DNA of 64,000 nt from Vicugna vicugna (lineage: Eukaryota), in NCBI GenBank assembly GCA_013265495.1, contig MU058065.1:6014302-6078301 (forward strand), written 5' to 3'. Made by a program: the position numbers and the translations under genes. Under the pieces are notes generated by a model that was not told the origin of the DNA, did not search any database, and saw only the letters and a program-made list of their open reading frames with translations. This document shows positions 57,101 to 64,000 of the stretch, piece by piece. Positions within the stretch are counted from its first letter, which is position 1. Every line of letters starts with the position of its first letter.

Positions 57101-60100
57101 GATTCTTGTGTCATAGGCTGTTAGAGACAGGAGGATCTTCCAGACATGAGTCTGGCTCCAAGGCAGCTCTTTTTCCCTTCCCAGCTGAGTGGGACTGGCC
57201 GTTGCTAACACCCAGGGCTCTGGCGGCAGGAATCTCCATGGCCTTGGCAGCCTCCACCAGCTCCCTGGGCTGCTATGCCCTGTGTGGCCGGCTGCTTCAT
57301 TTGGCTTCTCCACCTCCGCATGCCTGTAGCCGAGGCCTGAGCCTGGAGGGTCTGGGCAGTGTGCTGGCTGGGCTTTTGGGGAGCCCCATGGGCACTGCAT
57401 CCAGCTTCCCCAATGTGGGCACAGTGAGTCTTCTCCAGGTATGTGGGGGTGTGGGTGTGGGAGCTGCAGGTGCAGGAGAGGGAATGGAACTCAGATGACT
57501 GATGGTCAGCTGTGGCCAGCACTCTGCCAGACACCTCACGTCAATGATCTCATTGAGGGAGGTGCCTAGAAGTGGTAAGGGGCTAGGAGTATGAGGAAGG
57601 CACTGAATCTCTACGGAGCTCCTTCTGTGCCTCAGGCACTGTACCAGGGCTGAGGTTCTAGAGAGAAACAAATTAGATGAAATCCCTGCTCTCTTGGGGA
57701 CTGCAACAGAGAGAGGCAGACAATGTAAGAAGAAAAGTATAAAAGATAATTTCCAAGAGTGATAAGTGCTATTAAGAAAAGAAAGCAGCTTGCCAGTACC
57801 GGTGGTAGGGATGGCCCCCAGTATTCTGTGACACCTCTGCCTTGTTCTCCCGTTGCGACTGGCCATAGCTGCAGTGCACCAAGGGAGTGCAGCCTGCAAT
57901 TAAAAAAAAAGAAAGAAAGTAAACAGAGCAGAGGGAGTGGGATAGTGGTTGAATATGGGAGACCCCTTTAGGTAGAGTGCTCAAGGATGCTTCTTGGGAG
58001 GGTGACATTTGAGTTGGGATCCGAATGATGAGGAGTTGGCCAGGTGAAAACCCTGAACAGTTGAGGAGGTGGCTGTATTTTCTGGTGTCTCTTCTTCACA
58101 TAGGCTGGATCTCGGCGAGTGGCCCACTTGGTGGGGCTGCTCTGTGTGGGGTTTGGGCTCTCCCCGAGGCTGGCCCAGCTCCTCACCACCATCCCGCTGC
58201 CTGTGGTTGGTGAGTAGATGTATCAGCAGGACTGGTCTTGAACCAGTACCCCACAGCATGGCCCAACTTGTTGCTTGTAGTTGGTACCATTTTCTTTCTG
58301 AATAGCCTCCCTAATATATGGATATGAGTGTGTGTCAGCTGCCCTCATTTTTCAGCTACATCCTGGTCTCTTGACTGGCTTCTGGGCTCCTGGCAGAATC
58401 AAGCTTTTCGGTGGTCTCTGTCCATCATATCCTGCCCTGCCCTGCAATACTCTCTGCTGTGCTGCCCGGTCTCTCCCAACTCTTTGATTACTTCTGTGTG
58501 AGACAGGTGGGGTGCTGGGGGTGACCCACGCCGTGGTTCTGTCCACTGGATTCTCCAGCTTCCACGTGGCTGACATTGACTCTGGGCGGAATGTCTTCAT
58601 TGTCGGTTTCTCCATCTTCATGGCCCTGCTGCTACCAAGATGGTTTCGGGAAGCTCCAGTCCTACTGAGCACAGGTGGGAGGAGGAGGGAGGGAAAGAGG
58701 AGTTGCTCAGCAGCAGGAAAGCAAGGGTTCAAGGCTTGAGGCTCTCTGGACTCCAGGCCCCACACCCTTCTCTGGGCTTGACTGTAAATAGTCCATCCAT
58801 TTGTTTAGCAAATATTTATTGAACACCGTGCTAGTCCCTTGGGATACAAAAATGCCTCCAGATGTTACAGTATCTAGTAAAAGAGATGAGATGTGTAGAA
58901 ACAGAACTGGAAAGGTTCAGATAAAGAGCCATGGTGCTCAGTGGTGAGAGAGATGGCTTCTGTTGGAGATGATCCTGGTAAACTCATGGAGAAAGTAACA
59001 TTTAGCTGGTCTTGAACGATGGTAAGATTTAGATATATTTGATAAGAAGGTCATTCCTGGTGGAGGAACCTCATAAACAAAGACAGAGAAGGAGGAAGTT
59101 ACAGGATATGTCCTGGGAGCAGCAAATAACTTAGTTTGTTAGCTCAGCTTAGTAAATAGCAGTGGTTCTTAACTGAGGATGGTTTTGCCCCCAAGAGAAC
59201 ATTCGGCAATGTCTGGAGACTTTTTTGACTGTTCTAAACAGGGGAGAAGTGATTGTTACAGGCATTTAGTGGGTAGAAAGATGCTGCCAAACATCCTACA
59301 GTGCACAGGACAGCCCCCCTCAAACAGAAAATTATCTGGTCCAAAATGTCAGTAGTACTGAGGTTGAGGAACCCAGGCTAGAGAATGAAAGGTAAGAAGT
59401 AGGGGAAAAAAAGTTGGGGCTTTTAATTCCAAAATTTCCAGAGACAGGGAGCCTGTAACTATCAAAGCGTATCTGGAGGGCATGTGGATGCTCAGCAGAT
59501 AGGGATTCTGTGGGAAGAATTTGGGAAGGGGATGCTCAGCAGAGGGACAAAACGGGGGCAGGTGGGACAATTCAGAAAGATCTGTCCTTAATCCAAGACT
59601 TAGGTTTAGGTTGGAAGTATAAGACCACTTGATTTTGCATAGGATCAGAGTTCTCCTCCTGCCTGACCCCAACCCCCTGTAGGCTGGAGCCCCTTGGATG
59701 TGTTACTGCGCTCACTGCTCACAGAGTCCATCTTCCTGGCGGGACTCTTAGGCTTTCTACTAGAGAACACCATTCCTGGTAAGTTGAGGCCAGGCTCCAG
59801 CAGACTAGGGAGTGGCCAGGAAGTCATCACTCCCTGGATTGGGCAGTGGCCTGACCATCCTCTCTTTTGCAGGCACATGGCTTGAACGAGGCCTAAGTCA
59901 AGGGCTGCCATCCCCTTTCACTGCCCAAGAGGCTCAGGTGCCTCAGAAGTCTAGGAAGAAGGCTGATCAAGAGTACGAGCTTCCTTTCCCCATTCAAAAC
60001 CTGTGTCCCTGCATCCCCCAGCCCCTCCGTTGCCTCTGCCCGCTGCCAGAAAACTCTGGGAATGAGGAAGGAGGGTCCTCTGAGCCAGGAGAGACAGCTG

Positions 60101-60138
60101 ACTTGCTGCCTGGCTTTGAAGAGCAGTGCCAAGTCTAG
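54191..60138 (+). CDS. SLC23A3: Solute carrier family 23 member 3 (nucleobase/ascorbate transporter family), 601 aa as read here
   Basis: Exons 54191-54355, 54494-54651, 54774-54871, 55074-55147, 55354-55535, 55871-55994, 56149-56263, 57185-57438, 58104-58209, 58507-58674, 59683-59778, 59873-60138. Total 1806 nt. MSRSP start, RLPLVQAPSLEFL and the NAT-family region SSFPNVG...GSRRV. Confidence 0.93.
59160..59376. mobile_element. MER20 DNA transposon in an SLC23A3 intron
   Basis: CAGTGGTTCTTAAC...GGCAATGTCTGGAGAC...AATTATCTGGTCCAAAATGTCAGTAGT...GTTGAGGAACCC. Confidence 0.8.
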
Positions 60139-61229
60139 CAGAGAAGAACTTAGGTCCCAGTAATTAGCAGGACTCCTACTTCTACCCTGGTTAGTTTAGA
60201 CCTATCTCCCAGCTTGCTGGAAAGTCAGCTACCAGGCTCTACTTTCTCCTAGGAACAGGGCATGTGTATGTCTCACATGGGCCCACCTGAAGTCTCATTT
60301 CCCAATAGATGTGTTTGCTTTTCCTTCTCTTAATTAGGCCTAACTGTTCCAGAGCAGGGTCTGTGGTTTAGTGGGCCATGAACAAATGAGTGATATGCCT
60401 GTGAACTATCTATACTTGAACCCCAGCATTCACTTAACTGGTAATTATTGAGTGTCTCCCATGTGCAAGGTTCTAGAAATACAGATATGTATAAAACAGA
60501 GTCCCTATCCTCTCAAAGCACTTATGGTTTAAAAAGATATGTAATTACTAACTAAAATCCAAAGCAGAAGGCAGTCTTCAATAAAGATGAAAACAATGCT
60601 TTGGGAACAAACAGAAGAAACAATGAATTCTGATTAGGGATAGTGGGAAAGCCTTGACACTGAAGCAGCACTGAGGCTGGCCTTAACAAAAGGAATTTTG
60701 GTTGTGGAACATGGAAGGGGAGAATTTTTCAGGCTCAGATATCCAGCTCCAGCAAAATCATAAATTGTACAAAGCCCAAGATGAGTTGCAGGATTTCAAG
60801 CTTCTCTGTGGTGATGGAGCATAAGTATGGGGAGTGGATGGAGGGAGAAATCAGACAGGAGAGGTAAAGATGAGGTCAGACCATGGGATTTATGCCTGGG
60901 AGACTCATCTGTTTAAACAAATCAAGTGCTGGTGAGGACCCAAGAGATTATCTAGCGAAATTCAACCCCCTCGTTTTATTTAACAAAACAAAACAATAAA
61001 GAGGTTGGACAGGTAAGGAAGTGACTTTGAGTTTATCAACAAGTTGAAATCCGGGGCCCCTCTCCTGCACCCCATCTGGCGTTCTTTCTACTCTGCCAGC
61101 GCGACTCTAAGGAGTGCCACTACCCCTCCACCTTTCTACTGGGGGTCCTCCAGCCTCTCTTTTTGCTTTCTTGGCCACGGAGGACCTCCACCTCTCAGCG
61201 GTCTGGTAACCAGCTCCGAGGGCCCAGAT

Positions 61230-61980
61230 GCCCTGCCCATGTGAGGCCTAGGCTCCGCCCCAGTGTCCCAAGATCCCGCCCCCGCGGTGGTGGGGAATGC
61301 CACTACTCTAGGCCTTTCGATTGGTGCGGGCGGGCCAGCCTGCTGCCGGGAGGGTGAGAGCTCTCGCGGCCGCTCACGGTAGGTGGGGTGGAGCTCGAAT
61401 CAGGGCCGGGGCCGGGCGGCGAGGGGCTGCTCGGACTCTGAGGGCTGGCCCTCGCACGACCGCGTCTTCCCCGCAGCTTCCTCCCAAAAGGGTCCCGCGC
61501 GTGGCGGGGATTCTGGGGCAGGCCTTCAGGGGTGGGCGGGGCTTCGGGACCGCGCTTGCGCAGCCCGCCTCCGGGCCGCGAGGCGGGGTTTGTGAGGCTG
61601 CGCGTGTACGCTCCGCTGGGTGCGACCGGGCAGCCGGTTGTCGGCTTTGTTGCTCCTTGAGGAGTCCCAAACCGCGCGTCGTGCAGCCTGTGCTATAAAA
61701 ATGAAAATACGGACGGCGAAAGCCCTTCTAGCGAGGGAGAATGGGAACTGGACGCCAGGCGGGACTCCTGGGGTGGGTCTGTGGTAAACAGAACGAGGGC
61801 TCGTCCTCTCCTAGAGAGGCGGGGCGTGGCCCAGCCAGGATGGTCGCTGAGGCCTTGTTACCCCCTGCAGGATGGCGGAGGAACTGCGCGGGGAGGCTCA
61901 CGGCTAAGGGGCGGGACGGTGCATACCGGTTTTAGGCAACCCCACTCCGCTATTGGCCCTCGGCGCTTCCCCTCCCTTCA
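61230..61980 (+). promoter_or_regulatory. NHEJ1 CpG-island promoter and non-coding exon 1
   Basis: CpG-rich with GC boxes, reverse CCAAT at 61320-61324 and donor ACG|GTAGGT at 61379. Confidence 0.7.
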
Positions 61981-63408
61981 TTCAAGAATAATAAATGGGT
62001 GAATCTGGTTAATGTGAAGATTAAAGAGTCCTTGAAGAAAACAGAAAAACGTGAGATACAGAGGCCTCAGAACAGGACGTGCGTGGTGGGAGCAGCTAAC
62101 GCCAGGTCTTGTGCTGAATTCCTCCGATGCGCTGCCAATTGCAGCCTATGTGCTGGCCACATTTTAAACTCCTCCCCTGCCCACAAAGTGAAACACCGTA
62201 CGGTTTGAGGATCCTGAGCTTCCAGGCTTTCCGAAGTACAAGCTAGGATAATCAACCCAATTTTGGTGACTCTTAGAGTGCACACCATGGAGTTCCTGTA
62301 GGGGAGAGAAGGGCTTGACGACTTGCGGTTTGTGACCTTTGGCAATGTGGAACTCTGGTCCGGTGAAGACTAGTTTAAGCATTCCAGGATGGCCTCTTCC
62401 CAGTGGGAACATCAAGTGGCAAGTATGACTGAAATACCACCCTCCAAACACAAGCTTTTGAGGCTGCTGCAAAGAAAAAAAATACATATATATATTTTAT
62501 ATATATGTATTTTTTTTTACCTGTCTAGTGACTGTACAAAGTCTGTTACAAGGCCGTGATTCAAAAATGAGATGGTTGGAATAATAATGGCTTAGACTAA
62601 GTTGGAAGTGACTGGAAGAACAGAACTGTGTTGACCTATTTAATGAAATCCAAGGATTCCTATTGTTTATTTTCTAAGATCCACCCTCTTCCCAACTTCA
62701 CTTTTGTATTTATAGACTGAAATAATGAAGACAGTTATATCACATTTTTTTTTACCTGCAAGAAAAATGATAAAACTGCCTGTAAAGTAGCCATAGTTAC
62801 TGAACATCTGCTAGGTTAAGGCTACACACACATACATATATACATTTAGGGAATATATATATTTTAAAATTCTGAGAACTTCCAGAGTTTTGTTTTTAGA
62901 TAATGATCAAATAATTTGAATTTCCTGCCCATGGCACTTATGACTTACGATGTTTTATAAAACAAGAACTATTCCTCCTCTTCCAGAAGTTCTAGAAAAG
63001 GATAGCATTGACATATTTATTAGGAATGTGATAAAGATGCAACAAGAATGGTTTAGGTTTCCACGTTGTTATATTATTAGAAAACAAGAACACTGTTCCC
63101 AATATGCTGAGGCTTAAATGTTATAGAAGAAGCAGAAATTTTATGTCCTCTAGGAATTTAATAGAGGGGGAAAACCCCTCCAAATTATAAATAGATTTTT
63201 AGTGGCCAAGAGGTAGTCAGGTTGATGCTCAGCTGGTTGGCAGGGGGCGGGGGGAGTGAGGGGGCGAAGTGGAGTGGGGAGAGAGGAGATAGAATGTAAA
63301 TCTATGCCTTCTGTCTTATTAGGGAGGATTTTCACAAGACTTATTTGATATAGAACTGTCTGGGTAGTGTTCCCCCAGGCCTACAGTACCCTGGCGGCAC
63401 TTTGCTAA

Positions 63409-63666
<258 letters not shown>

Positions 63667-64000
63667 TAGGGGATGTTAATGTCAACCAGCTTGTTAGCCT
63701 GTAGGTTGCCAAGAAAGGTCAATTCCCATTGATGTTATGTTCTGCACTTTTACCTATAGCCCTGGCATCTTTCCATGTGTGTGTGTTAGTTTCTGTACTG
63801 CATACAGCAGAAGGCAGAATTGCGAAGTAGGCCAGTTGATCTCTCTTCTTTTTGTTTTCTTTTTTCTTGTTCTGATGTTTTTATCTTCCCTTCCCTTCTC
63901 CTCCTGCCTGCTGTCTTCATGTTAACCAGAGTTTCCCTTTGCTGTCACTTACGAGGGAGTCAGTTTCCTTTTAGCACTGTCACTCTGTACAACCCCTGCT

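Overview
Gene-dense mammalian genomic DNA with spliceosomal introns. Four tRNA-derived SINEs resembling the camelid Vic-1 family point to a camel, llama or alpaca. The window holds the gene run known from human 2q35: ANKZF1 (-, last coding exon outside the window), ATG9A (+), ABCB6 (+), ZFAND2B (-), a ~14 kb repeat-rich intergenic interval, RETREG2/FAM134A (-), CNPPD1 (+), SLC23A3 (+) and the first coding exon of NHEJ1/XLF (+). I read every in-window coding exon by hand and the splice phases are consistent. Genes were identified by recognising the translated proteins, with no database search. I found no prokaryote-style system and no convincing new gene. The most notable observations are: a U12 AT-AC intron in ATG9A; a spliced ATG9A uORF whose stop overlaps the main ATG (TGATG); a GC-AG intron in ANKZF1; several lesion-like features in SLC23A3 (apparent C-terminal frameshift, an alternative donor carrying an in-frame stop, a competing +4 donor, a weak polyA signal); paired CLEAR/E-box motifs at the RETREG2/CNPPD1 promoter; and nested old transposon relics (CR1/L3, hAT) in the intergenic interval.
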